A stretch of 64,000 bases of DNA from Candidatus Poribacteria bacterium (GCA_965208675.1 OZ242351.1:2292834-2356833), one strand, 5' to 3'; shown: positions 10,960-21,607, counted from the stretch's first letter. Program-made: numbers and translations. Notes: a model not told the origin generated them from the sequence alone.

Positions 10960-11152
10960 CTGTCATAGCCATTACCAGCCATATGTGCACGCGCCGCGGT
11001 AGGTGCGGAATCCAACCGCACCTATGGACTGGATGAATACCGGTTCGGTTAAGACACCGAACCTACCGCAGTATATAAGTCTTCATAGGATTCACTATAG
11101 CTTTTGGAAGGTTTTGGACGCTCCAACGGTTTGCGTTATGGAGGAAGAGCGT

Positions 11153-14100
11153 ATGTTTAAGGACGTACCCAACACAGTCGATTTTATCGCGCAGGAACAT
11201 CAAGTGCTTGATTTCTGGCGCGGCAGCGACGCGTTTAATAAGCTCAAAGCGTTAAGACAAGACGGACCGCGCTGGAGTTTCATAGATGGTCCGATTACAG
11301 CAAACAATCCGATGGGGGTTCACCACGCTTGGGGACGCACTTACAAGGATCTCTACCACCGTTTCAAGGCGATGCAAGGTTACCAAACGCGCTATCAAAA
11401 CGGGTTTGATTGCCAAGGGCTTTGGGTTGAGGTCAATGTCGAGCGTGAAATTGGATTTAAGAGTAAAAAGGATATTGAATCCTACGGGCTGGCGGAGTTT
11501 GTCAACGCTTGCAAGCAGACGGTGCTTCGATACGCCGCAACGCAGACTGAACAGTCGATTCGGTTGGGTTACTGGATGGAGTGGGATGACCCGCAGCAGT
11601 TACGGTATCTGGAAGCGAAGATGGCTGAAGACCCATCGGCAATAGTCACCGTAGAAGCACCGAATGGCTCCGTCACCGACACAGCGGAACAGCTCGTCGG
11701 ACGGCTGGGCTTGCCGCAGTTGGGCGGATCTTATTTCACTTTCTCAGACGAAAACAACTACACGATTTGGTCGATGCTCAAGAGTTGTTTCGATCGCGGT
11801 TGGATTTACAAGGGTACAGATGTCATGCCTTGGTGCACGCGATGTGATACGGGCATAAGCCAACACGAGATTGTAACCGACGGATACCGGGAGTTGAGCC
11901 ATAAAAGCATTTTCCTGCGCTTTCCGCTGCGCAACCGCCCCGATGAAAGCCTGTTAGTTTGGACGACGACGCCGTGGACACTGACTAGCAATGTAGCGGC
12001 AGCCGTACATCCCGATCTCAGCTACGTCCTCGTTGAACAAAATGGACAACGCATGTGGCTGGGCAAAGGGGCATTGGAGAACGCCATTCGAGGTTCTTTT
12101 CAGGTACTTGAAGAAAAATTGGGTTCTGCGTTAGAGGGTTGGACCTATGACGGCCCGTTTGATGAATTGCCCGCCCAACAAACCGCCGGAGCAGCCGCCC
12201 AACACCGCATCGTGCTGTGGGACGAGGTGGGAAAAGCCGAGGGAACGGGAATTGTTCATGTAGCGCCGGGGTGCGGAGCAGAGGACTTTGAGCTGAGCAA
12301 AGCCCAGAATCTGGCAGTCATTGCACCGTTGGAGGCGGGTGGAATCTATGGAGAAGGGTTCGATTGGTTGACGGGCAGGTATGTACATACCGTCACCGAA
12401 GAAATTTTCGAAAATCTGAATCAGAAGGGTATTGTGTATCGCCTGGAGGACTATACGCACCGTTATCCGGTGTGTTGGCGATGCGAAGAGGAACTCGTTT
12501 TCCGCTTGGTAGACGAATGGTATATCTCAATGGGTGAACAATTTGACAAGCCCTATGAGGAGATTGATGAAGCCGAAAAGCACCAAAATTTACGCTACCA
12601 GATGATGGACGTTGTCCTGAACCAAACCAACTGGTATCCCGCGTTTGGACGTGCACGCGAACTTGATTGGCTGCGCAATATGCACGACTGGATGATTTCC
12701 AAGAAGCGCTACTGGGGTCTAGCGCTTCCAATCTACGAGTGCAGCGAATGCAGCCACTTCCATGTCATCGGGAGCCGCGAGGAATTGAAGGAACGCGCCG
12801 TTGAGGGCTGGGAACTGTTTGAGGGGCATACGCCGCACCGCCCATGGATTGATGCCGTGAAAATCGCATGCCCACAGTGCGGTGCGCCAGTTTCACGGAT
12901 TCAAGATGTAGGCAACCCGTGGTTGGACGCGGGCATCGTCACCTTCAGCACGCTTCAGTACCGCACCGACAGAGACTACTGGAAAAAGTGGTTTCCCGCG
13001 GATTTAATCAGTGAAAGTTTTCCGGGCCAATTTCGCAACTGGTTTTACTCGTTAATAGCCATGAGCACCGTCATGGCGAAAAACGCACCTTTCAGGCATA
13101 TCTTCACTTACGCAACACTGTTTGGCGAAGATGGAAAACCGATGCACAAGTCCTCGCCAAATGTAATCTGGTTCGATGAGGCGGCGGAGAAGATGGGAGT
13201 GGACGTGATGCGCTGGATGTATTGCGTCGCGAAACCGGAGCAAAACCTACTTTTTGGGTATAAACGAGCGGATGAGGTTCGGCGCCGGTGCCTGATTCCG
13301 TTGTGGAACTTGTATAGCTTCCTCGTCACTTATGCGAATCTTGACGGGTGGCAGCCGGACAGCAAGCTCTGGGCAGCGTATGCGGACAACCTGCACAGTA
13401 ATACTTTGGATCGTTGGATTCTATCGCGGCTACAGGTAACGGTCCGCGAAGTAACCGACGGACTAGAGACATTCGAGCCGGATAAAGCCTGCCGTGCGAT
13501 TGAGCGTTTTCTTGACGATTTATCAAACTGGTATGTGCGGCGTAGCCGCCGCCGCTTCTGGAAATCGGAGGCGGATGCGGACAAACAGTCCGCTTACCGG
13601 ACGCTCTACAGCGTCATGGTAACATTCACACATCTGCTAGCACCGTTCGTCCCTTTCGTGACGGAGTCAATCTATCAAAACTTGGTGCGCCGGGTTGACC
13701 CGACAGCGCCGGAATCGGTACACCACGTCAATTGGCCGCAACCACACGATGCGTTGCTGGATGAATCCCTCATTACGGCGATGGGAACAACCCGCACAGT
13801 AGTAACATTGGGACTTGCCGCCCGTGCCTCTGCGAACCTGAAGGTTCGGCAACCGCTGAGCCGCGCCTTAGTTTCCCTGCCCGACAGACAGAAGTTAGAC
13901 GATGAGATGATTGTGTTGATTACGGACGAACTCAACGTGAAGTCCGTGGAGTTTGTGGACGATGCCAATCAACTGCTACGATATCGTCTGCTGCCGGATA
14001 ACCGCATACTGGGACCGCGGTTTGGGGCGCGCTTCCCGGCGGTGAGGCGAGCGTTGGATGAGTTAAGCGACCAAGACAAAACGGAAGCGGTACGGCAATT

Positions 14101-14524
14101 GGAAGGCGGCGGTGCGATTGCACTAGAATTAAATGACGGGATGGTAGCGCTCGCCGCGGACGAGGTCATCATTCAGCACGAACAACCGGAGGGACTGGCG
14201 GTCACCACGGAACAGGGGGTGACGGTTGCCGTTGACACGCAACTTACTCCGGAACTAGTTTCGGAGGGATTGGCGCGCGAGGTTGTGCGGCACATTCAGA
14301 ACTTGCGGAAAGCAGCCGATTTCAAGTTAGATGATCGAATTGTTACCACGTATCAGGCTGACGAAGAACTCATGCAGGTGATTGCCGATTGGTCGGCGTA
14401 CATTGCGAACGAAACGCTAAGCTTGGAACTGCGTCCAGGTGAACCAATGGCAGCGGCTGCGCAGGCCGAAGACACCGTGTCCGGATTTCAGTTGAAATTA
14501 GGGGTGAGCCGGGCAGTTGCGTAG
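11153..14524 (+). CDS. ileS: Isoleucine--tRNA ligase. The start is most likely the ATG at 11153 behind GGAGG, not the ORF-track start at 11003.
   Basis: Class I aaRS signatures: HIGH-like PMGVHHAWGRT and a KMSKS-like KMHKSSPN. Large editing insertion, and a length consistent with IleRS. The 50-codon N-terminal extension in the ORF track overlaps leader hairpins and is unlikely to be coding. Confidence 0.9.
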   Translation: MFKDVPNTVDFIAQEHQVLDFWRGSDAFNKLKALRQDGPRWSFIDGPITANNPMGVHHAWGRTYKDLYHRFKAMQGYQTRYQNGFDCQGLWVEVNVEREIGFKSKKDIESYGLAEFVNACKQTVLRYAATQTEQSIRLGYWMEWDDPQQLRYLEAKMAEDPSAIVTVEAPNGSVTDTAEQLVGRLGLPQLGGSYFTFSDENNYTIWSMLKSCFDRGWIYKGTDVMPWCTRCDTGISQHEIVTDGYRELSHKSIFLRFPLRNRPDESLLVWTTTPWTLTSNVAAAVHPDLSYVLVEQNGQRMWLGKGALENAIRGSFQVLEEKLGSALEGWTYDGPFDELPAQQTAGAAAQHRIVLWDEVGKAEGTGIVHVAPGCGAEDFELSKAQNLAVIAPLEAGGIYGEGFDWLTGRYVHTVTEEIFENLNQKGIVYRLEDYTHRYPVCWRCEEELVFRLVDEWYISMGEQFDKPYEEIDEAEKHQNLRYQMMDVVLNQTNWYPAFGRARELDWLRNMHDWMISKKRYWGLALPIYECSECSHFHVIGSREELKERAVEGWELFEGHTPHRPWIDAVKIACPQCGAPVSRIQDVGNPWLDAGIVTFSTLQYRTDRDYWKKWFPADLISESFPGQFRNWFYSLIAMSTVMAKNAPFRHIFTYATLFGEDGKPMHKSSPNVIWFDEAAEKMGVDVMRWMYCVAKPEQNLLFGYKRADEVRRRCLIPLWNLYSFLVTYANLDGWQPDSKLWAAYADNLHSNTLDRWILSRLQVTVREVTDGLETFEPDKACRAIERFLDDLSNWYVRRSRRRFWKSEADADKQSAYRTLYSVMVTFTHLLAPFVPFVTESIYQNLVRRVDPTAPESVHHVNWPQPHDALLDESLITAMGTTRTVVTLGLAARASANLKVRQPLSRALVSLPDRQKLDDEMIVLITDELNVKSVEFVDDANQLLRYRLLPDNRILGPRFGARFPAVRRALDELSDQDKTEAVRQLEGGGAIALELNDGMVALAADEVIIQHEQPEGLAVTTEQGVTVAVDTQLTPELVSEGLAREVVRHIQNLRKAADFKLDDRIVTTYQADEELMQVIADWSAYIANETLSLELRPGEPMAAAAQAEDTVSGFQLKLGVSRAVA

Positions 14525-14657
14525 CTTATGTACCGAGGCAGATTTTTGGGCGGAAGGGCAGCGCTTTCCCATCGGGCAAAACACATGCCGACGCTTCGGT
14601 GTCAAGCATGCGGCAATCTCGTCAAAACCGCGCACATTCCGAGTGTGAAGTATACCC

Positions 14658-16928
14658 TCAGCGATTCCAGAGATAAGACATTTTGATGACGAAAACCCGG
14701 TCGTCCAACTTCAACTCTTCTTCCTCGGATTGCCAATCTTCATTATACGCTACAAATAGATGGCTTTTCGGGCTGTATTCCCACCCGAACAGTACGCTGA
14801 CCAGATAATTCTTCTCAGTGTGTATCTTGTCGTAAGAGGTATGTTCGCGCCCAGCTTGGGTAAATACCCTCAGAAATGCATCCCGGGTAAACAGATAAGT
14901 GATGCGCAGCGAACTTACTAAAAACCGTCCGTCAACGATGGATTCTTGATCCAAGCTCTGGGCGTAACTGCCCGTGAATACCGCGGTGAAATTACTCCGC
15001 GGCCGGACGGTGCTAAATAAAGAGAACTGACGCTTCTTCCCTGCGGATTGCCTCGCAAAATTGTAAAAATCGCCCACCTCGCCCTCTAAACCTACCGATG
15101 CGGGTCGAGCACTGTTGGTTTCAACAAAAATTCCGTATTCGTTTGCCGTGAATATGTCGGTTAGCTCGACCTCCTGTGCACGTCGATAATGCGCACCGAA
15201 GACATCCAAAATCGACTCGGTAAAATTCATACCCGCAGAAAAGTCTCCCTCCCAAGCGATTAAATCCTCTTCAAACTCCGGAGAAAGCGTGCTGTTTGGA
15301 ATGGTCGCCTTCCAATCGTTAAAATACGTTTCGGTGTAAAGCCCACGATGTGCGCCGCCGTGTCCCTCCAAAAATAAGCGATGCGAACGCAACTGGGGAG
15401 TATAAGCCGCTTCGAAACTAACACCCTGTTCCCCTCGATACATCTCCTTTTGTAAGAAACCTGTCTGATTGGTTTCAAATAGAGGGGCTATCCTTTCCAA
15501 TCCGACTGCGGCGTTCCAGAGATGATTTCGCTGCCCAATCTCGATGAGATAGGCGCTGTTATTCGTGTCATCCCCCGGGTGAAAACTCTCACTGAATTGT
15601 GCCGACAATCGATACGTTTTGTGAAAGAGCAAATTCGCATCTACGCCTCCCACACGGCTATGCCCACTCTGATTGTCATCAAGGTGTTCTTTGTTGGCGA
15701 TGATAAACCCGATATTTGAACGCTTCAGGATATCCTTTTTAAGCCGCACCGCTGAATACAGTACCGATTCATTGTATTCTGCCGGCCTTCCAAACCCGAA
15801 CACATCGAAACTGCCAGTTTGGCTGGTCAGAAATCCGATTGAGTAATCGCCAACCTTGCCAGTCATCTTTGTACCCCAGAGAATATCCCCGCGGCTGCCG
15901 ATCCGGCGGCTGAAAAAGAGATCCAACGGGGTTTCAAAGAAGCTGTTGCCTTCAATGAAGAAAGGCCGCTTCTCCGGAAAGCGCGTCGGATAGCGGGTCA
16001 GGTTAATTTCCAACTGGTCGGCTTCCACTTGGGCAAAATCGGGGTTAACGGTAAGGTTAGTCTTCAGTGACTCTGTCAAGTTAAATTGAATATCTAAACC
16101 GGTACCCAGCTCATGGTCTACCCCTGCCTCCCCTTCAGAGATAGATTCTGTGCCGTTACCCTTAAACATGCCTCCTAAAAAGTAGGGAGAAATCTCTAGC
16201 TGTTTACCGGATTTGATATCTTGCACTCCCGTCAAGTGGCCCAGGTCGGCCATCCGCGTTACCGCACCGGACTGGGTCATCTGCTTCCAGACGGTGACCT
16301 CATTCTTCCTCCGATTCACACGCTCAACGTCAAATCCCCATACTGGTTCCCCCTTGGCTGCAAATCGGAAATTTGCGAACGGGATTTTAAACTCTGCAGT
16401 CCATCCAAGGTCATCCCGTTGCGTTTCAACCCACCAGATTCCCTTCCAGCTAGAATCCGACCGGGAATCATTATAACGATAGGCATCGCTTTGTACACCG
16501 CCGGGCGTGGTTGCAAACTTGTAACCGGTGCGGTGGTCATGATGAGGATCAAAGAAAAAGGAAATTACATCCGACTCATACACATTTCCCCGCCGCGTGA
16601 TGCGATTGATAATTTTATCGGGATCGGCATCGAAACAGCGGAATCCGACGTAGATATGATTATCGTCATAGGCGATAGCAAACGCCGTATCATCTGTCGC
16701 AGGCTGGCCGCGATTCGGAGTGAGTTGAATGAATTTGCTTACGAACCTTGTGATTTGCCACGCGGGATCATCCAATCGTCCATCAATTTTGGGCGGTGGA
16801 GTGTTTTCAATTCGGTGAGCTTCTATAATGTGTTTTCCTAATCCATCTTCATGGGCTTGTAACAGAATCGGGATTAGGAACAACAACGGTAGGACGAGGG
16901 CGGATAATTGACACCGACCTTTTTTCAC
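14658..16928 (-). CDS. Secreted DUF5916 / carbohydrate-binding-family-9-like domain protein
   Basis: Signal peptide. N-terminal CBM9/DOMON-like region (PKIDGRLDDPAWQ ... AFAIAYDDNHIYVGFRCFD). The long C-terminal beta-rich region is typical of DUF5916 proteins. Confidence 0.6.
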   Translation of the reverse strand: MKKGRCQLSALVLPLLFLIPILLQAHEDGLGKHIIEAHRIENTPPPKIDGRLDDPAWQITRFVSKFIQLTPNRGQPATDDTAFAIAYDDNHIYVGFRCFDADPDKIINRITRRGNVYESDVISFFFDPHHDHRTGYKFATTPGGVQSDAYRYNDSRSDSSWKGIWWVETQRDDLGWTAEFKIPFANFRFAAKGEPVWGFDVERVNRRKNEVTVWKQMTQSGAVTRMADLGHLTGVQDIKSGKQLEISPYFLGGMFKGNGTESISEGEAGVDHELGTGLDIQFNLTESLKTNLTVNPDFAQVEADQLEINLTRYPTRFPEKRPFFIEGNSFFETPLDLFFSRRIGSRGDILWGTKMTGKVGDYSIGFLTSQTGSFDVFGFGRPAEYNESVLYSAVRLKKDILKRSNIGFIIANKEHLDDNQSGHSRVGGVDANLLFHKTYRLSAQFSESFHPGDDTNNSAYLIEIGQRNHLWNAAVGLERIAPLFETNQTGFLQKEMYRGEQGVSFEAAYTPQLRSHRLFLEGHGGAHRGLYTETYFNDWKATIPNSTLSPEFEEDLIAWEGDFSAGMNFTESILDVFGAHYRRAQEVELTDIFTANEYGIFVETNSARPASVGLEGEVGDFYNFARQSAGKKRQFSLFSTVRPRSNFTAVFTGSYAQSLDQESIVDGRFLVSSLRITYLFTRDAFLRVFTQAGREHTSYDKIHTEKNYLVSVLFGWEYSPKSHLFVAYNEDWQSEEEELKLDDRVFVIKMSYLWNR

Positions 16929-16982
16929 TGCGCAACCTCATCGTGATACAAGATCAGTGCAAAAGCATCTGAGAGAGGTGAG

Positions 16983-18206
16983 TTAATCATCCAGTGGATT
17001 AAGACCTGATTTTGAATACTGCGCCAGCTGCTCTGAACCTATAATCTTGAATTTGCCGTTGTTCTGATCTGTCAATGAGACCAACAGTTGAGCTCCCATC
17101 GAACGCTGCAAATTTATTTCTAGCCCGACGACATAAATGCTCGCGTCGTTCACATTTTTCGCTCTGACGGTCTCAAGGATTTTCCTAGAATCTGTTTCAA
17201 TATGGCCTTGCTTACCGCGGCCCGCTGTTGGAAGCCCGTCTGTGACCAATACGATGATTGATGTGTCGATTTCAAGGGCTTTTTCAACGGCTGCGAGGAG
17301 ATTTGTCCCTTGGTAATTCACGATGCGTTCAGGAGTAAATCGATTGAGGTATTTTGACGCTTTTTCAATGTTCTCATTCGTCGCGGGCAGCAGCGATTTG
17401 CTCATCAGCGTCGCATTCGCCGAAAACGTAACAATGTTGAAATAGTCGTTGCTGCCAAGCGAAAACATCGATTCTTTAATCGATTCGAGTGCGAGCTCAA
17501 GCTTCTTCAATCCTGCCGCTTGCATGCTTGCAGAGACATCAAGGCAATAGACGATGTTTTGCGGGCCTTCAAACTCGTCAAGAAAGTCAATGATTCCCAA
17601 TTTATCGCCGATTCCCGAATTCCCACCCCCGCCAAGCAGTCCATCTTCCGAGTCACCGTAGGAATCAACACCGAACATCCCGTTGCGCTGCCCGGGTACG
17701 CGCACACGTCCCGTGACCTTCCCCTGACCGTCCACCGGTCCACGGTGGGAAACCAGCCGTTCAAGATTTGATGCTTCAGCGTCACGGAGTTGGGCATCCG
17801 TCATCAATTCAGGAATCTTCTCACTTGGCGCTGCCGTGTTGACTTCGATATTTTTGTATACAATCCGTTCACTGAGACGCATGACTTCTCGAATCTTGTT
17901 GGGTGAGGATTCGGCGAGTTTGTTTTTTGCCTCGCGTGCAAGCAGTTCATCGGGTCTGCGGACTGTCTTTTTTAACGGCGGTTTGGTCTTAGGCTGCCGC
18001 AGTTTCGGCTTAGGTAAGTCCTTGACCCATTCAACGGCTATGCTATCTTCGTCTTTGGCAGGTTTCTGCTGAAGGACAAAAAGATAGATGATTACAGCGA
18101 CCAGGTGGAAGATTAAAGACAGGAGCAGCGCTGAACGCCTCCGAGTTTTACTGCGCTCAATCTGTTCCTGTCTTGCAGCCAAGGTTGTCAATTGTAACGT
18201 TGTCAT
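16983..18206 (-). CDS. von Willebrand factor A domain protein with an N-terminal membrane anchor
   Basis: One TM helix (LLLSLIFHLVAVIIYLFVL) and a lysine/proline-rich linker. VWA with MIDAS-like DVSASM ... TDG. Confidence 0.7.
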   Translation of the reverse strand: MTTLQLTTLAARQEQIERSKTRRRSALLLSLIFHLVAVIIYLFVLQQKPAKDEDSIAVEWVKDLPKPKLRQPKTKPPLKKTVRRPDELLAREAKNKLAESSPNKIREVMRLSERIVYKNIEVNTAAPSEKIPELMTDAQLRDAEASNLERLVSHRGPVDGQGKVTGRVRVPGQRNGMFGVDSYGDSEDGLLGGGGNSGIGDKLGIIDFLDEFEGPQNIVYCLDVSASMQAAGLKKLELALESIKESMFSLGSNDYFNIVTFSANATLMSKSLLPATNENIEKASKYLNRFTPERIVNYQGTNLLAAVEKALEIDTSIIVLVTDGLPTAGRGKQGHIETDSRKILETVRAKNVNDASIYVVGLEINLQRSMGAQLLVSLTDQNNGKFKIIGSEQLAQYSKSGLNPLDD

Positions 18207-18334
18207 GGTAGCCTCCTGAATTCATCGGGCAAACCGTTAAAACTAGTCATCAATAATTGAATGTTGTGGGTTGGTGAAGAATTTACATAACGGTAAACGG
18301 ATCATCCATGCGGCACTTAGTTCACCGCATAAAC

Positions 18335-19705
18335 TCAAATCCGCATCCGCTCCCATCGGTTGCCGCGGAAGCGCAAAAAGTAAGTTAATCCAAGGATAAT
18401 AATATAAACCGTGGCTCCTCCCCATGCGCCCACAACGCCGTAACCTAATACTACGCCAATCCCATAAGCGAGCGGAAGGAATAATAACCATGCGTAACCG
18501 ATGCCGACCCACATTGTGAAAAGCGTATCTCCCGCGCCTTCGAGCGCGCCTACCGAACAGATGCCGAATGCATCTGCGATTTGGAAAATTGCGGCAAAAT
18601 ATAGAATGAACTTGCCAATCCGCACAACCTCCGCGTCTAATGTAACCAACGAGAACAGCCATTCCGGCACTGCAAAGAACACAATCGCCGCCACTAGGGT
18701 GTAAGCAACTCCCAGTTTAATTGTCGTGTTGCCGCTTTTACGGGCGTAATGCAGTTGATTCGATCCGATATATTGTCCAACTAATGTTGCCGCGGCTCGA
18801 GAGATTCCGTGGAGCGGCATAAACACTGTGGAAATCAAAGTGATTACCGCGGTATTCGCCGCAAGTGCAACATCGCTCATCTGCCCGATAAAAGCGGTGA
18901 ATACCGTAAAACTCAATAGGTCCAGGAAAGACTGAACCCCCATCGGTGCACCAATTCGGAGAATACGGCGCAATTCGCTGAAATTAATCTGAAAATTGGA
19001 GCGCGTTTTGAAGGCTTGGTCGGATTTCCGTGACAGGAAAACGGCGAGATAGCCAATTGCCGCCACGACACCCGCAATTACCGTTGCAATGGCGGCACCC
19101 GCGACTTCTAGCCTAGGGAAACCGAAATGTCCAAATATGAGCACATAATCGAGGACGATGTTGATAATATTCGCAACAAGCTCAATCCACATCGGGGTTT
19201 GCGTGTCGCCGATGCCGCGCAGAAAACCGCCCACCCCGAATGAAATGAATAGATTAATCCCACCGTACAACCGAATTTGTGCGTAGATGCCCCCCAACCG
19301 TTGAACTTCGTCAGAAGGGTTCATGACTGCAAACAAAAATCCCGCGACTCGACTCAGCAGCAATACGACAAGGTACGATCCAAGCGCCAAGTAAAGCCCC
19401 TGCCAAGTTGCAACCGCGACCCCGTGCCGATCTTCGGAACCGTAACGTTGTGCGACGAAGGTATTGATGCTGAAGAGCAAACCGTTAAAGAAAGAAAACA
19501 GCGTCCACGTCAATAATCCGGCAAACCCGACAGCCGCTAGTTCTACAGCGCCGAGCCGTCCCACCATTGCCGTGTCAACAAACATCATCACGGTACGCGA
19601 CATCATCGTGATAACAACGGGATACCCCAACATCCAGACTTCACGATAGCCGCCGGGAGCGATTGCACGCTTTTTGCTTTTCAGTTGGTCTTCGTTTTGG
19701 TGCAC
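18335..19705 (-). CDS. MATE family efflux transporter
   Basis: 12 predicted TM helices and duplicated 6-TM halves. MATE-like conserved segments (GRLGAVELAAVGFAG ... GAALATVIA). Confidence 0.8.
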   Translation of the reverse strand: MHQNEDQLKSKKRAIAPGGYREVWMLGYPVVITMMSRTVMMFVDTAMVGRLGAVELAAVGFAGLLTWTLFSFFNGLLFSINTFVAQRYGSEDRHGVAVATWQGLYLALGSYLVVLLLSRVAGFLFAVMNPSDEVQRLGGIYAQIRLYGGINLFISFGVGGFLRGIGDTQTPMWIELVANIINIVLDYVLIFGHFGFPRLEVAGAAIATVIAGVVAAIGYLAVFLSRKSDQAFKTRSNFQINFSELRRILRIGAPMGVQSFLDLLSFTVFTAFIGQMSDVALAANTAVITLISTVFMPLHGISRAAATLVGQYIGSNQLHYARKSGNTTIKLGVAYTLVAAIVFFAVPEWLFSLVTLDAEVVRIGKFILYFAAIFQIADAFGICSVGALEGAGDTLFTMWVGIGYAWLLFLPLAYGIGVVLGYGVVGAWGGATVYIIILGLTYFLRFRGNRWERMRI

Positions 19706-19723
19706 TCATTCCTTCCTATGCAA

Positions 19724-20290
19724 TCAGCCCCTATCGTACAAGTTTCGACGAAATACGCCGCTGTCTCGTTTACATGCATCGTCTGCCAACCCGTTTCTTT
19801 CAAACATCTCAATCCACTTTTCTCCTCTAGGAGTCAACTCATAATAGGTGTGATTCCGGTGCTTCATCCATTTTCCTTTGACGATATTCTTGCGGTATTG
19901 AATAATTCGTTTTTCGACGCGTTTCAAACCGCCAATCGCCTTTAACTTCCGATGCTGTTTGTAAGTTTCTTCAAGTGCGATTCCGAGTGCTTCGGAGACA
20001 GCGATTGAGTAGTCAATCCCAAACTTTTGATGATGCTTGAGGATAAGGAAATCTATCTCATCTAGCGTGTTAAACGTCTCATCAGCTTCATCTTGTTCCA
20101 AAGTCGATGCTGCAGTCTGAATTTCCTGCCATGTCACAGTGAGGAGCCGTTCTTGCCGAAGGTGTTTTAACGATGTACAACCGGAACGGTGGACAGCGAT
20201 GGCACCGCCTTCCTTGAAGTATCCGATAACGCGGCTTCCAACTTGCGGCGAGCAACACTTGGCGAGCGTGTAGGTAAGATCTTCAGTCAT
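19724..20290 (-). CDS. Hypothetical protein combining a RelA/SpoT-type CC (zinc-finger / ribosome-intersubunit) motif with a C-terminal winged-helix-like region
   Basis: AKCCSPQVGSRVIGYFKEGGAIAVHRSGCTSL matches the RelA/SpoT CC-x-P-x2-G-x2-I-x-GY-x3-G-x2-I/V-HR-x2-C pattern. The C-terminus (YSIAVSEALGI ... YYELTPRGEKWIE) looks like helix-turn-helix plus wing. Confidence 0.45.
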   Translation of the reverse strand: MTEDLTYTLAKCCSPQVGSRVIGYFKEGGAIAVHRSGCTSLKHLRQERLLTVTWQEIQTAASTLEQDEADETFNTLDEIDFLILKHHQKFGIDYSIAVSEALGIALEETYKQHRKLKAIGGLKRVEKRIIQYRKNIVKGKWMKHRNHTYYELTPRGEKWIEMFERNGLADDACKRDSGVFRRNLYDRG

Positions 20291-20326
20291 TCATTTTACC
20301 ATTTTAGTCAGATATGCATTCACGTC

Positions 20327-21607
20327 TCACGAATCTCTGCCCAACACCCGATGTCCAATGTCCTTTCGAAAATGGGCGGCGTCAAAGTGGATTTCTGCGA
20401 CTCCGCGATATGCGCGGCTGATTGCTTCTCGGACGTTGCTCGCCAGCGCCGTGACGCCTAACACTCGCCCGCCGTTGGTGACGATGCGTCCACTATCCGA
20501 CTTTGTACCAGCGTGAAAGACGGTTACCCCTTCCAGTGAGTTTGCAGCGTCTAGTCCGGTGATTGCTTTACCACTCTCGTAAGCCTCTGGATAACCGCCG
20601 GATGCCATAACTACACTTACCGCCGCTCCGGGTTTCCATTCGACTGAAATCTCATCCAATCCTCCGTCCACGCACGCGGTAAGCAGCGGAACCAAATCGC
20701 TTTCCATTCTCGGCAGCAGCACCTGCGCTTCTGGATCGCCTAAACGACAGTTGAACTCCAATACTTTCACTTCCGCCCCGTCAATCATTAAGCCGACATA
20801 CAACACACCTTTGAATGGACGCCCCCCATCACGCATCGCCTTGATAGTGGGATAAACAACCGCGTTCATGACTTTCGTGTGTATTTCAGGGGTGATGGCA
20901 GGCGCCGGGGAGTAGGCGCCCATGCCGCCGGTATTCTTTCCTCGGTCTCCATCCAGCGCCGGCTTGTGATCTTGAGAGCTGACTAATGGGACGCAATGCA
21001 CACCGTCGGTCAACACAGTAAAGGAAGCCTCCTCGCCAACCAGCAACTCTTCGATGACGACCTTATTCCCCGCGCTGCCGAACGCACGATTGACCATAAT
21101 CTGCTCAACTGCACTGATGGCTTCATCCTGCGTTTGACCGCTAATGGCGCCCTTGCCTGCGGCGAGGCCATCCGCCTTGACAAAGACCGGTGTGTTTAAC
21201 CCTTTGAGATATGCAATCGCCGCGTCCGGACTGTCGAATGTGCGGTGTGCCGCCGTCGGGATGTTGTTGTCAATCATTAACTGCTTGGCAAAGTCTTTGC
21301 TGGCTTCAAGGATTGCCGCTTTCCGATTGGGTCCGAACGCTCGAAGTCCGCGTTCAAAAAAGACATCGACTAAACCTTTCGCCAGCGGCAACTCGGGCCC
21401 CACAATAGTCAGATCAATCTTTTCCGTTTCGGCGAAGTCCGCGAGTTCAGTGAAGTTGTTTTCCAAGCGAATCGACCGGCAGTCGGCGATTTGCGCGATG
21501 CCGGGGTTTCCGGGCACGCAATATACCCTTTCAACAACCGCGCTCTGCGCAATCTTCCATGCGATGACGTGCTCTCTTCCGCCGCTGCCAATAACCAATA
21601 CTCTCAT
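20327..21607 (-). CDS. purD: Phosphoribosylamine--glycine ligase
   Basis: MRVLVIGSGGREH N-terminus, an ATP-grasp core, and a 426-aa length. Confidence 0.9.
   Translation of the reverse strand: MRVLVIGSGGREHVIAWKIAQSAVVERVYCVPGNPGIAQIADCRSIRLENNFTELADFAETEKIDLTIVGPELPLAKGLVDVFFERGLRAFGPNRKAAILEASKDFAKQLMIDNNIPTAAHRTFDSPDAAIAYLKGLNTPVFVKADGLAAGKGAISGQTQDEAISAVEQIMVNRAFGSAGNKVVIEELLVGEEASFTVLTDGVHCVPLVSSQDHKPALDGDRGKNTGGMGAYSPAPAITPEIHTKVMNAVVYPTIKAMRDGGRPFKGVLYVGLMIDGAEVKVLEFNCRLGDPEAQVLLPRMESDLVPLLTACVDGGLDEISVEWKPGAAVSVVMASGGYPEAYESGKAITGLDAANSLEGVTVFHAGTKSDSGRIVTNGGRVLGVTALASNVREAISRAYRGVAEIHFDAAHFRKDIGHRVLGRDS

Noticed and set aside
11003-11152. ORF-track N-terminal extension of IleRS (start at 11003)
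   Set aside because: The extension spans two strong hairpins and has no similarity to IleRS N-termini. A GGAGG Shine-Dalgarno precedes the ATG at 11153.
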